DNA of 64,000 bases from Mycobacteriales bacterium. GTDB lineage: Bacteria; Actinomycetota; Actinomycetes; Mycobacteriales; QHCA01. Positions 1 to 11,173 of the stretch are shown piece by piece. Under the pieces are notes generated by a model. The model did not search any database. It saw only the letters and a list, made by a program, of their open reading frames with translations, and had not been told where the DNA came from. Numbering within the stretch: the first letter of the stretch is position 1; every line of letters starts with the position of its first letter. A program made the translations under genes and the position numbers. The stretch spans positions 55,195 to 119,194 of the forward strand of contig JBBQNN010000002.1 of the NCBI GenBank assembly GCA_038329965.1, written 5' to 3'.

Positions 1-1
1 C

Positions 2-841
2 GTGGAGAGCCAAGGAGCCATCTCGACCGGCACCTCCTGCAACGTCGCCGGCAACCTCTGGGCCGGGGGCAGCGTGACCTCGGGGGTCAGCAGCGTGGTC
101 GCCGGCTTCGTCAAGGCGGGCACCGGCACGATATCTCAGAGTGTCGCGAGTGTCGTGACCGGCAACCTCTATGCCGGTAGCACGATCAGCTACGCGGGCT
201 GCCTGATCGGCAAGTGCTTCCCGAACAACTCGCCGGGCCCCCCGCCGAGGCTGGCGTTCCCGGTCATCCGCAGCGACGCCGCGACCATGGCGGCGTGGAC
301 GGCCTCGGCGCCCGGGCCGGGCTACACGCTCTACGACGACAACGCCTGCGGCGGCCTGGAAAGCCGCATCGTCAACGTGTACGCCAAGAAGGGGACGCCG
401 ACCCTACTCCGGACCACCTGCCCGATCAGCTTCAGCGTCGGCAGCGCGATCGTGCTGAGCAACGACCTGGCGATCTTCGCCAAGGGCGGCATCAACGCCG
501 GCGTCTCGAGCAGCCTCAAATCGAACTCGGCTACCAGGCGCGACGTGCACTGGATCGTGCCCTACGACGCGGCGACGGCGACCTGCTCGTCGCCGAGCAT
601 CTCGACCGGGGTGGCGTTCAGCGTCGACCCCACTGTCTGGATGTTCGTCTACAGCCCTTGCAACCTGGACTTCAACGTTGCGGGCGGGATCAACGGCCAG
701 GTCTACGGCGGCAGCACGGTCACCAGCTCGGTCGCACTCACGTTGAACTTCCAGACCGTGCCGACGTACGGCGTCGACCCGACATCGCTGCCCGCGACGG
801 GCTACAACACCAGCGTGGTCTACAAACGCGAATCCAGATGA
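2..841 (+). CDS. Pilus-associated secreted protein, C-terminal part (5' end cut by window edge); paralog of the next gene
   Basis: Frame is open from the window edge to TGA 839-841. It aligns block-by-block with the 838..2289 product (FVKAGTGTI, GNLYA.GS..YA.C..GKCFPN.SPG, VLSNDLAIFAKGGI, IVPYDAA, INGQ.YGGS, VPTYG, VYKRE.R). There is an ATGA start/stop overlap with the next CDS. Confidence 0.7.
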   Translation: MESQGAISTGTSCNVAGNLWAGGSVTSGVSSVVAGFVKAGTGTISQSVASVVTGNLYAGSTISYAGCLIGKCFPNNSPGPPPRLAFPVIRSDAATMAAWTASAPGPGYTLYDDNACGGLESRIVNVYAKKGTPTLLRTTCPISFSVGSAIVLSNDLAIFAKGGINAGVSSSLKSNSATRRDVHWIVPYDAATATCSSPSISTGVAFSVDPTVWMFVYSPCNLDFNVAGGINGQVYGGSTVTSSVALTLNFQTVPTYGVDPTSLPATGYNTSVVYKRESR

Positions 842-2289
842 CGATTGCCTGCCTGGTCCGGCAGCGCTCTCGTGACAGGGGCAACGCGCTGCTCATCGCC
901 GTCATGGTGACGTCGGTCTGCCTGAGCCTGTTGCTGGTCGGGGTGGTCATGGGCGTGTCCTCGTCGCGGTCTTCCGGGGTGGACCGGCAGCGGGTGCTGG
1001 CCGTCTACGCGGCGGAGGCCGGGGTGGACGGCGGCTACACGGCCATCCAGGCGGCGGGGGTGAACCTGCCGTGCACGCTGGCCTCCGGTGATGTGCATGC
1101 CGCGCCCGACACGGCGTCCTACACCACGGCGGTGACCTACTTCGACGCCTCCGGTGCCAAGCTCAACACCTGCCCCCCGGTCGGTCCGGTCCAGGCGCTG
1201 ATCCGCAGCACGGCGACCACCAACTCCCTCGGTGGCTCGGGCAGCAAGCCGACCCGGGTGGTGGAGGCGCTGGTCAACCTCACGTCGGTCGGCGGGGGCG
1301 GGGGCGGCGCCGGTCCGCTGAACAAGGCGATGTTCGCCGACAACACCCTGAAAATGGCCGACAACATGGTGGTGAAGGGCAACGCCGGGGCCAATGCGGA
1401 CCTCTACAGCAACACCAGCGCCTATTGCGCCGCCGGGTCCAACGTCGCCGGCACCATCACCAGCCAGGTCGACTTCTTTGGCTACAGCGGTTGCCTGGTC
1501 GGAGCCAGCGTGTGGGCCGGTCGTAACGTGACCACGGATAACAACGCGATCACCGGCTTCGTCAAGGCAGGCACCGGCACGATCCTTGCCGGGACGGGGA
1601 CCACGGTGTCCGGCAACCTCTACGCCGCCGGCTCGATCACCTACGCCAGCTGCGGAGCGGGCAAATGCTTCCCGAACAGCTCGCCGGGCAATCCGACAGC
1701 GCTGGCCTTCCCGCAGATCCCGAGCGACGACGCGAGCCTGACGAAGTGGACCGCGGCGGGCTACACCGTCTACGACGACAACGCCAGCTGCTTCTCGCTG
1801 TACCAGAAGATCAGGGACACCTACGCCAAGACGGGGACCAAGACGCTGGTCCGGACCACCTGCCAGGTCCTCTTCGCCGCCGACACGGCGGTCGTGCTGA
1901 GCAACGACCTGGCGATCTTCGCCAAGGGCGGCATCCAGATAGGGTCCGGCAACACCTGGTCTTCGAACTCTGCCACGAAGCGCAACGTGCACTTGATCGT
2001 GCCCTACGACGCGGCGGGCTCGCGGCCGTGCTTCTCGCCGAGCCTCCTGATGAACACCGCGGGGGTCACGATGAGCAGCGCCGTCTGGCTGTTCGCCTAC
2101 AGCCCGTGCCAGATCGGCTTCTCCGGCCTGGGCACGATCAACGGCCAGATCTACGGCGGCAGCGACGTCAACACCTCCCTCGGCTTCACGCTCCAATACC
2201 AGAGCGTGCCGACCTACGGCATCGCCAATGCTGCGTCGGCTCCCACCGGCTACACCACCGGCATCGTCTACAAGCGCGAAACCCGATGA
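838..2289 (+). CDS. Large PilX N-terminal-domain-like pilus assembly / minor-pilin-like protein
   Basis: ATG 838 overlaps the upstream stop (ATGA). The N-terminus RSRDRGNALLIAVMVTSVCLSLLLVGVV looks like a PilX_N hydrophobic anchor. A long Gly/Asn/Thr-rich region with conserved Cys pairs follows. The gene lies immediately upstream of pilD-pilMNO. Confidence 0.7.
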   Translation: MTIACLVRQRSRDRGNALLIAVMVTSVCLSLLLVGVVMGVSSSRSSGVDRQRVLAVYAAEAGVDGGYTAIQAAGVNLPCTLASGDVHAAPDTASYTTAVTYFDASGAKLNTCPPVGPVQALIRSTATTNSLGGSGSKPTRVVEALVNLTSVGGGGGGAGPLNKAMFADNTLKMADNMVVKGNAGANADLYSNTSAYCAAGSNVAGTITSQVDFFGYSGCLVGASVWAGRNVTTDNNAITGFVKAGTGTILAGTGTTVSGNLYAAGSITYASCGAGKCFPNSSPGNPTALAFPQIPSDDASLTKWTAAGYTVYDDNASCFSLYQKIRDTYAKTGTKTLVRTTCQVLFAADTAVVLSNDLAIFAKGGIQIGSGNTWSSNSATKRNVHLIVPYDAAGSRPCFSPSLLMNTAGVTMSSAVWLFAYSPCQIGFSGLGTINGQIYGGSDVNTSLGFTLQYQSVPTYGIANAASAPTGYTTGIVYKRETR

Positions 2290-2338
2290 CGGCAGACATC
2301 CACCGGCCTGGGCGGCCCGCGGCCTATGCTCGGAACTG

Positions 2339-3121
2339 ATGAGCGCACTGCTGATTGGCTGCTGCGCGGTTCTCGGGCTGGTGATCGGCTCGTTCCTCAA
2401 CGTCGTGATCTGGCGGGTGCCCAGGGACGAGTCTGTGATCCGGCCGCCGTCGCGCTGCCCCGGCTGCGGTGAGCCCGTCGCCCCACGCGACAACCTGCCG
2501 GTGCTTTCGTGGCTCCTCTTGCGCGGTCGTTGCCGGCACTGCGCGATGCCGATCAGCTCGCGCTACCCGCTGGTCGAGATCGGCACGGCGATGCTGTTCG
2601 GCCTAATGGCTGCGCGCTTCGGTTTCGACCCGGCGTTGCCGGCCTTCCTCTACCTGTCTGCGGTAGGACTGGCGCTGGCGGTGATCGACCTCGACCACAA
2701 GCGCCTGCCGTTCGCGCTGACGATCCCCTCCTACCCAGTTGCGCTGGTGCTGCTGACCGGAGCCGCGCTGGCCGCCGGGCATCCCGACCGGCTGATCCGG
2801 ATGCTGGCCGGCATGCTCTCGCTCTTCGCGTTCTATTTCGTCCTCAATCTGGTGAATCCCCGTGGCATGGGCTTCGGCGACGTGATGCTGTCGGGGATCC
2901 TCGGCGTCTACCTGGGTTTCCTGGGCTGGGGGCCGCTGCTCGTCGGCGCCTTCCTCGGATTCCTGTTCGGTGCGCTCGGCGGACTGCTGTTCATCGCGCT
3001 GGGTCGCGGGAGCCGCAAGTCGCACATCCCCTTCGGCCCATACATGCTCACCGGCACCTTGGTGGCCATTCTGGCCGGCCGGGCCTTGGCGGGCGCGTAC
3101 GTCCACGCCACCTTGGGCTGA
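2339..3121 (+). CDS. pilD: Prepilin peptidase / N-methyltransferase (peptidase A24)
   Basis: Cys box CPGCGEP...CRHC, YPLVE, and two Asp contexts (AVIDLDHKRLP and GMGFGDVMLSG) are typical of A24. The protein is multi-TM. The ORF is open from 2228, and the first ATG (2339) was chosen as start. Confidence 0.9.
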   Translation: MSALLIGCCAVLGLVIGSFLNVVIWRVPRDESVIRPPSRCPGCGEPVAPRDNLPVLSWLLLRGRCRHCAMPISSRYPLVEIGTAMLFGLMAARFGFDPALPAFLYLSAVGLALAVIDLDHKRLPFALTIPSYPVALVLLTGAALAAGHPDRLIRMLAGMLSLFAFYFVLNLVNPRGMGFGDVMLSGILGVYLGFLGWGPLLVGAFLGFLFGALGGLLFIALGRGSRKSHIPFGPYMLTGTLVAILAGRALAGAYVHATLG

Positions 3122-3176
3122 AGCGTGACCCAAAGCGTCTCGCTCCCGGCGCTTCAGAACGTGCCGGGGCCATCCG

Positions 3177-4295
3177 ATGTGCTCCATGTCAGGCATGAGC
3201 AAAGCGGTGAAGGGAAAGCATGTGACAGGACGGCGAGCGGTCGGTCTCGACATCGGGACGTCCGGAGTCAGGGCAGCCGAGATCTCCCTCGGCAAGGGCC
3301 CGGCGACGCTGGCCAGGTTCGGCCAGGTGTCGCTGCCGGTCGGTGCGGTTCGAGACGGCGAGATCGTCGACGTCGCCGAGGTTGCCAGTGCGATCCGGCA
3401 CCTCTGGTCCGCGACGAAGTTCCGTACCAAGCGCGTGGTCGTCGGCGTGTCGAACCAGAAGGTCGTCGTCCGGCAGGTCGACCTGCCGTGGCTGCCGGCT
3501 GAGGAGTTCCGCAAGTCGCTGATCTACCAGGTGCAGGACTACATCCCGATGCCGGTCGACCAGGCGATCCTGGACTTTCACCCGCTGGAGGAGTTCGTGA
3601 ACGAGGCCGGCGGGCGCATGCTCAGGGTACTGCTGGTTGCCGCGTCCGCGGACATGGTCAACAACACCGTCGCCGCCGTGCAGAAGGCCGGACTGGCACC
3701 GGTCATGATCGATCTGACCCCTTTCGCGCTGCTTCGCGGCCTGGCGCAGATGGACGAGCTGGGCCTGTCCGGCGCGCCGGCGGAGGCGCTCATCGATGTC
3801 GGCGCCAGCATCACCAACATCGTCGTGCACCAGGGCGGCGTGCCGCGCTTCGTACGCATCCTGCTCATGGGCGGGGGAGACATCACCGAGGCGGTGGCCG
3901 AACGGATGGGGCTGCCGATGGAGCAGGCCGAGTCGATCAAGCAGCAGACCGGGATGCGCGAGAAGCCCGCCGAGGCTGCTGCCGACTCTTCGCAGCTCAC
4001 GAGGGTCATCGAGACCAGTGGCGCGGCTTTCGTCGAGGAGGTACGCGGCTCGCTCGACTACTACCTCGCCCAGCCCAGCTCGGTCGACGTGAAGCGCATC
4101 GTGCTCTCCGGGGGCGGCGGGCAACTCCGCGGACTTGCCGCCCGGCTGGCCCTTGCCACCCGCCTGCCTGTCGAGCTGGGCTCGGCCATGTCGACCTTGC
4201 GGATCGGCAAGGTCGGCCTTGATGCCACGCGGCTGGCCCTCGTCGCTCCCGTCGCGTCGGTTTCGGTCGGCCTGGCCATCGGGGTCGCGTCATGA
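3177..4295 (+). CDS. pilM: Type IV pilus assembly protein PilM (actin-like ATPase fold)
   Basis: GLDIGTSGVRAAE near the N-terminus, LIDVGASITNIVV, and LSGGGGQLRGL. 4-nt overlap with pilN. The exact start among ATGs 3177/3186/3195 is uncertain. Confidence 0.88.
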   Translation: MCSMSGMSKAVKGKHVTGRRAVGLDIGTSGVRAAEISLGKGPATLARFGQVSLPVGAVRDGEIVDVAEVASAIRHLWSATKFRTKRVVVGVSNQKVVVRQVDLPWLPAEEFRKSLIYQVQDYIPMPVDQAILDFHPLEEFVNEAGGRMLRVLLVAASADMVNNTVAAVQKAGLAPVMIDLTPFALLRGLAQMDELGLSGAPAEALIDVGASITNIVVHQGGVPRFVRILLMGGGDITEAVAERMGLPMEQAESIKQQTGMREKPAEAAADSSQLTRVIETSGAAFVEEVRGSLDYYLAQPSSVDVKRIVLSGGGGQLRGLAARLALATRLPVELGSAMSTLRIGKVGLDATRLALVAPVASVSVGLAIGVAS

Positions 4296-4936
4296 CCGCC
4301 GTGATCGAGCACCTGTCCGTCACCGGCGGCCTGCCGATCCTGCCGCGGGTCAACCTGATCCCGACAGAGATCGCCGAGCGCCGCACCCTGCGTCGAGTGC
4401 AGGCCGGGCTGGGTGCCGGGGGCGTCGCCGCCGTCGCCATCGTCGTCGTGCTGTTGCTCCTGGCGATGGCTTCTGTCTCATCGGCCAAACAACACCTGGC
4501 GGCCGCGAAGAGCGAGAACGCGAACGTGCAGGGCAAGGTGGCCGGCCTCCAGAACGTCGTGCGGACCTTCACGCTGGTCGACCAGGCCCATGGAGCCCTC
4601 CGCGACGCTGCTGGTGGCGAGATCCTGTGGTCGACCTATTTCACCGACCTCACCCTGCGCATCCCCGACAACGTGTGGCTCACGAAGGTGACGGTCGCCT
4701 CGGCGGTGACGCCCGGCGGCGTCGCGGAGATCACCTTCGAAGGGGCCGCGCTGTCACACGACGATGTCGCCCGGTGGCTCGACTCGATCGCGAAGGAGCG
4801 CGGATGGTCCAATCCGTACTTCTCGAAGTCCGATGAGAAGCTCATCGGACTTCGCAAGACCTACACCTTCGCCTCCACCGTGACCGTCACCACCGATGCG
4901 CTTTCAGGGCGCTACACCAAGCCGGCGGGGGGCTGA
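4292..4936 (+). CDS. pilN: Type IV pilus assembly protein PilN-like
   Basis: PRVNLIPTEIAERR motif, a single TM helix, then a coiled-coil-like segment. Position is between pilM and the pilO-like gene. Confidence 0.8.
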   Translation: MTAVIEHLSVTGGLPILPRVNLIPTEIAERRTLRRVQAGLGAGGVAAVAIVVVLLLLAMASVSSAKQHLAAAKSENANVQGKVAGLQNVVRTFTLVDQAHGALRDAAGGEILWSTYFTDLTLRIPDNVWLTKVTVASAVTPGGVAEITFEGAALSHDDVARWLDSIAKERGWSNPYFSKSDEKLIGLRKTYTFASTVTVTTDALSGRYTKPAGG

Positions 4937-4937
4937 C

Positions 4938-5681
4938 ATGAACAGAATCCAGCAATGGGTGGCCATCGCGGCTGCGATCATCGTGGCGGTCCTGGTAGCC
5001 GGATGGTTCGTCGTGGTCACTCCCCAGCGCGCACTTGCACGTGATCTGGAGGCCCAGGCCGTCACCCAACGCAGCGGCACTGCCAGCCTGCGCACCCAGC
5101 TCCACGTACTCGAGGCGCAGTCCAAGCAGCTGCCCGCGAAGCAGGCCGAGCTGGCCACGTTCGGCAAGCAGATCCCGAGCAGTCCCCTGCTGCCGGCGGT
5201 GACCCGGTCGCTGACGGCTGCCGCCGCGTCGGCCGGCGTCGACCTCATCTCCATCGGTGCGACGAGCCCCACGGCGACCATCGTCGGCGCGCCCTCCGCG
5301 GCAGGGGTGCCGGCCCCCGCAGTGGCTTCGCCCGGTGCGCCCGGTGCGCCCGGTGCGGCGGCCGGTGCGGCCCCCGCCACTCCGGCAGCCGCCACCCCCG
5401 CCACCCCCGCCACCCCCGCGGCGCCAGCGGCGGCCGTATCGGCGCTGCAGTCCATCACCATCACGTTGAAGGTGAGGGGCAGCTACGCACAACTCGAGCA
5501 GCTCGTCGCCAACCTCGAGGGCCTGCAACGGGTGATGGTCGTCAGCGGCTATTCCCTCGGGGTCAGCACCGGCTGCAGCGGCACCTGCGCGCTTGATCTC
5601 GACCTGACCGCCCAGGTGTTCACCACGCCGGCCCTCGCCGCCGAGCCCCTTGCCGTGCCCGTGCCCAAGACTGTGAAGTGA
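4938..5681 (+). CDS. pilO: Type IV pilus assembly protein PilO-like with Ala/Pro-rich insert
   Basis: ATG 4938 lies 1 nt after the pilN stop. N-terminal TM (WVAIAAAIIVAVLVAGWFVVV), coiled-coil region, and a C-terminal domain (ITLKVRGSYAQLEQLVANLEGLQRVMVV). Confidence 0.7.
   Translation: MNRIQQWVAIAAAIIVAVLVAGWFVVVTPQRALARDLEAQAVTQRSGTASLRTQLHVLEAQSKQLPAKQAELATFGKQIPSSPLLPAVTRSLTAAAASAGVDLISIGATSPTATIVGAPSAAGVPAPAVASPGAPGAPGAAAGAAPATPAAATPATPATPAAPAAAVSALQSITITLKVRGSYAQLEQLVANLEGLQRVMVVSGYSLGVSTGCSGTCALDLDLTAQVFTTPALAAEPLAVPVPKTVK
5286..5435 (+). repeat. Coding low-complexity Ala/Pro/Gly tract with short tandem repeats inside pilO-like gene
   Basis: (CCCGGTGCG)x3 at 5331-5357 encodes PGAPGAPGA. 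(GCCACCCCC)x3 at 5391-5417 encodes ATPATPATP. Confidence 0.8.
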
Positions 5682-5690
5682 GCGTCTTCC

Positions 5691-6296
5691 ATGAGTGAGA
5701 CCACCAGCCTCCTGCCCGGTTTCGCAGCGGACGATCAACAGGTTGCAGCGAATTCCCCGGATCGCCGAAGGCTGCTGATGTTCATCGCTGCCGGCGCCGT
5801 CGTTGCCGCTCTGCTCGGCTACTTCGTTGCCGTCCCTCTGCTGCGCGGCACCGCCAAGCCGGTGGCCTCCACCCTCACCGCGACAGGGCCACCGGTGACC
5901 GGCACCGCGGCGGCGGCACCGGCGGCGGCACCGACGGCGACGCCCAGAATCGTGCCCAAGACCTTCAGCAACGTCGTCGGCCGTGACCCGTTCGCCCCGC
6001 TGGTCACCGCCCCCGCCGCGGCCGCCGCGGCAGCGAGTACGGCCACCCCCACCACCCCGGCGGCCGCCGCGTCCACCGCCCCGACCACGACTCCCGGCAA
6101 GACCACCTTCAAGGTGATCAGCGCCACCGCCACCCGGGCCACGGTCAGCGTTGACGGCAAGACCTACACCCCGAGCACGGGCCAGGTCTTCGCCAAGAGC
6201 TTCAAGCTGCTCAAGATCAGCAGCGGGTCCTGCGGGTCGTTCGCCCACGGTGAGATGCGGATCAGCCTCTGTAAGGGGCAGACCTTCATCTTCTAG
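5691..6296 (+). CDS. Membrane-anchored hypothetical protein in PilP position (Ala/Pro/Thr-rich linkers, small C-terminal beta-rich domain)
   Basis: N-terminal TM ([21 protein letters not shown]), a GRDPFAPL motif, two Ala/Pro/Thr linkers and a Cys-containing C-terminal domain. It is the last gene of the pil block. Confidence 0.55.
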   Translation: MSETTSLLPGFAADDQQVAANSPDRRRLLMFIAAGAVVAALLGYFVAVPLLRGTAKPVASTLTATGPPVTGTAAAAPAAAPTATPRIVPKTFSNVVGRDPFAPLVTAPAAAAAAASTATPTTPAAAASTAPTTTPGKTTFKVISATATRATVSVDGKTYTPSTGQVFAKSFKLLKISSGSCGSFAHGEMRISLCKGQTFIF

Positions 6297-6328
6297 GGCC
6301 GATCTCGGGCCGTGAAAGACTCGACCGC

Positions 6329-7503
6329 ATGCTGCGCTGGTTGACCGCAGGTGAGTCGCACGGGCCGGCCCTCGTCGCCATCCTCGAGGGTCTGCCCGCC
6401 GGCGTCGCCATCACCACGGCCGAGATCGCCGAGCAGCTGCAGCGGCGCCGCGGGGGCTACGGCCGGGGCGCGCGGATGGTCTTCGAGCAGGACGCCGTCG
6501 AGATCCTCGGCGGCGTGCGCCACGGGCTCACCCTCGGCAGCCCCGTCGCGGTCCAGGTCGGCAACACCGAGTGGCCCAAGTGGGATCGCGTCATGTCACC
6601 CGATCCGGTCGATCCCGCCGAGCTCGACGGCATCGCCCGCAACGCCGCGCTGACCCGGCCCCGCCCCGGACACGCCGACCTGGTGGGCATGCAGAAGTAC
6701 GGCTTCACCGACGCTCGGCCGGTCCTCGAGCGGGCCAGCGCCCGGGAGACCGCCGCCCGGGTCGCGCTCGGGGCGGTGGCTCATGCCTTTCTCCGGGCCG
6801 CGGTCGGTGCCCAGGTGATCTCCCACGTGGTCAGCATCGGCGCCGCGAGCGCCCCGGCCGACGTCGTGCCGACCGCCGCCGACCGCGACGCCATCGACAA
6901 GAGCCCGGTGCGCTGCCTCGATGCCGCGGCCGCCGACGCGATGGTCGCCGAGATCGACGCGGCCAAGGCAGCCGCCGACACCCTGGGCGGTGTCGTGGAG
7001 GTCGTGGTGCACGGGCTGCCGCCGGGCCTGGGCAGCCACGTGCACTGGGACCGGCGGATCGACTCCCGCCTGGCCGGTGCCCTGATGGGGATCCAGGCGA
7101 TCAAGGGCGTGGAGGTCGGCGACGGGTTCGAGACCGCCCGCCGCCGCGGATCGGCCGCGCACGACGAGATGGTCGCCACCGCCGACGGCGTCCGCCGGCT
7201 GACCGGCCGGGCCGGGGGCACAGAGGGGGGCATGACCACGGGTGAGGTGCTGCGGGTCCGGGCCGCCATGAAGCCGATCTCGACGCTGTCCCGCGCGCTG
7301 TCCACCGTGGACACCGCCACGGGTGAGCCGGCCAAGGCAATCGCGCAACGCTCCGACGTGTGCGCCGTGCCCGCTGCCGGCATCGTGGCCGAGGCGATGG
7401 TGGCCCTCGTGCTGGCCGGCGCCGTCCTGGAGAAGTTCGGGGGCGACGCGGTGGCCGAGACCCGGCGCAACGTCGAGGCCTACCTCGGCACGCTGGTCGT
7501 CCG

Positions 7504-7507
<4 letters not shown>
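6329..7507 (+). CDS. aroC: Chorismate synthase
   Basis: [21 protein letters not shown] start, with GRSSARETA-like and [11 protein letters not shown] blocks. Confidence 0.97.
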
Positions 7508-9065
<1,558 letters not shown>

Positions 9066-9066
9066 C

Positions 9067-9495
9067 ATGACGACGGTGCACGTGCTCAACGGACCCAACC
9101 TGGGCCGGCTCGGCCGCCGGGAGCCCGACGTCTACGGCACCGCGACCTACGACGACCTGGTCGCCCTCTGCGAGAAGACGGCAGCGCAGCTGGGCCAGGA
9201 CATCGTCGTACGCCAGACCGACGACGAGGCCACCCTCGTCGGCTGGCTGCACGACGCGGCCGATGCCGGTGCCGCGGTGGTCATCAACGCGGCGGCATTC
9301 ACCCACTACTCCTACGCCCTGCGCGACGCCCTCGCCATGGTCGGCGCGCCGGTCGTCGAGGTGCACCTGTCCAACATCGCCGCCCGGGAGGAGTTCCGGC
9401 GGACCAGCGTGATATCGGCTATGGCGCACGGGGTGATCAGCGGGTTCGGGATCGACTCTTACCGGCTCGCACTCGAAGCGATCGGTCGGCTGTGA
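9067..9495 (+). CDS. aroQ: Type II 3-dehydroquinate dehydratase
   Basis: [24 protein letters not shown] and [11 protein letters not shown]. Confidence 0.95.
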   Translation: MTTVHVLNGPNLGRLGRREPDVYGTATYDDLVALCEKTAAQLGQDIVVRQTDDEATLVGWLHDAADAGAAVVINAAAFTHYSYALRDALAMVGAPVVEVHLSNIAAREEFRRTSVISAMAHGVISGFGIDSYRLALEAIGRL

Positions 9496-10583
9496 GCGGC
9501 CCGGCCGCCGCGGCCCGGCGGGACCGGCTCCGCGCCAGGCTGGCGGCCCTCGACGCTCCCGCGGCCCTGGTGACCCGGCTGGTCAACGTCCGCTACCTCA
9601 CCGGCTTCACCGGGTCCAACGGCGCCCTGCTGGTGTGCGCCGACGGCACCGACGTGCTCGCCACCGACGGCCGCTACATCACCCAGTCGGCGCAGGAGGC
9701 CCCGGACGTCGAGCGGTTGATCGAGCGGCGGCTCGACACCGTCCTGGCAGCCCGGGCCGTGGCGGCCGGACACACGCGTCTCGCGTACGAGAGTCACGAA
9801 GTGACCGTCGACGGGCTGGCCGCCGTGACGGCGGCGGAGCCCGGGCTCGGACTGGTCAGCCTGGAGCAGGCGGTCGAGGACCTCCGGGCGGTCAAGGACG
9901 AGGCTGAGATCGACCTGCTGCGCCGGGCCTGCGCGATCGCCGACGAGGCCCTTTCCGACCTGATCGCGGCCGGGGGCGTCCGGGCCGGCCGTACCGAGCG
10001 GGAGGTCGCCCGCGACCTCGACGCCCGGATGCTGGACCTCGGCGCCGAGGCGGTGTCGTTCGAGACGATCGTGGCGAGCGGGCCGAACTCCGCGATCCCG
10101 CACCACAGCCCCGGGAGCCGCGTGATCGAGGGCGGCGACTTCGTCAAATGCGACTTCGGGGCCACCTACTCCGGCTATCACTCGGACATGACTCGTACGC
10201 TGGTCATCGGCGGCGCCGTAGCGGACTGGCAGCGGGAGATCTACGACCTGGTGGCCGACGCGCAGCGGCTCGGCCGGGAGGCACTGGCGGTCGACGCCGA
10301 GTGCGCCGGAGTCGACGCGGCCGCGCGCGACCGGATCGTCGACGCCGGGCACGGCGAGCATTACACCCACGGGCTGGGGCACGGCGTGGGGCTGGAGATC
10401 CACGAGGCTCCGTGGCTCGGGGCCACCGCCCCGGGTAGACTTGGCGACCGGATGCCTGTCACTGTCGAGCCCGGGGTCTATCTCGAGGGCCGCGGCGGCG
10501 TGCGGATCGAAGACACCCTGGTCGTCCGCCCCGACGGGCCGGAGTTGCTCACCCTGACGACGAAGGACCTCCTCATCGTGTAG
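9492..10583 (+). CDS. M24-family Xaa-Pro aminopeptidase/dipeptidase
   Basis: 4-nt overlap with aroQ. Pita-bread metal ligand contexts ([45 protein letters not shown]). Confidence 0.9.
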   Translation: MSGPAAAARRDRLRARLAALDAPAALVTRLVNVRYLTGFTGSNGALLVCADGTDVLATDGRYITQSAQEAPDVERLIERRLDTVLAARAVAAGHTRLAYESHEVTVDGLAAVTAAEPGLGLVSLEQAVEDLRAVKDEAEIDLLRRACAIADEALSDLIAAGGVRAGRTEREVARDLDARMLDLGAEAVSFETIVASGPNSAIPHHSPGSRVIEGGDFVKCDFGATYSGYHSDMTRTLVIGGAVADWQREIYDLVADAQRLGREALAVDAECAGVDAAARDRIVDAGHGEHYTHGLGHGVGLEIHEAPWLGATAPGRLGDRMPVTVEPGVYLEGRGGVRIEDTLVVRPDGPELLTLTTKDLLIV

Positions 10584-10609
10584 GAGTCCCGATAGGAGAT
10601 TCGACGCAC

Positions 10610-11173
10610 GTGGCCACCACCAATGACCTGAAGAACGGCATCGTCCTCAACCTCGACCGCCAGCTGTGGACGGTGGTGGACTTCCAGCACGTCAAGCCCG
10701 GCAAGGGCGGCGCGTTCGTCCGGACCACCCTGAAGCACATCCTCACCGGCAAGGTGGTCGACCGGACGTTCAACGCCGGTCTCAAGGTCGACATCGCCGC
10801 CGTCGACCGGCGCGAGATGACCTACCTCTACCAGGAGACCGGCGAGTACGTCTTCATGGACGCCGAGACCTACGACCAGATCCACGTGCCGAAGGAGACG
10901 GTCGGGCCGGCTGCCGACTACATCCTGGAGAACACGACGGCGACCGTCGCCCTGCATGACGGCAATCCGCTGTACGTCGAGCTCCCGGCCAGTGTCGAGC
11001 TGGTCATCTCCCAGACCGACCCCGGTGTGCAGGGCGACCGCTCCACCGGCGGTACCAAGCCGGCGACCCTCGAGACGGGCGCCCAGATCCAGGTGCCGTT
11101 GTTCCTCACCACCGGAGAGAAGGTCAAGGTGGATACCCGCGACGGCCGCTACCTCGGACGCGTGAACAGCTAG
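10610..11173 (+). CDS. efp: Elongation factor P
   Basis: [15 protein letters not shown] loop. Length of 187 aa fits. Confidence 0.97.
   Translation: MATTNDLKNGIVLNLDRQLWTVVDFQHVKPGKGGAFVRTTLKHILTGKVVDRTFNAGLKVDIAAVDRREMTYLYQETGEYVFMDAETYDQIHVPKETVGPAADYILENTTATVALHDGNPLYVELPASVELVISQTDPGVQGDRSTGGTKPATLETGAQIQVPLFLTTGEKVKVDTRDGRYLGRVNS

Noticed and set aside
214-837. Upstream 208-codon extension of the second PilX-like ORF (the track lists 214..2289).
   Set aside because: It is out of frame with, and fully overlaps, the well-aligned 2..841 paralog. The extension is Arg/Gly-rich. ATG 838 gives the PilX_N-type N-terminus and an ATGA coupling.
1291-1308. Gly6-encoding G-rich run considered as a phase-variation homopolymer.
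   Set aside because: The DNA is ggcgggggcgggggcggc, with interrupted G5 runs rather than a long homopolymer. Slippage would most likely be in frame. There is no evidence for an on/off switch.
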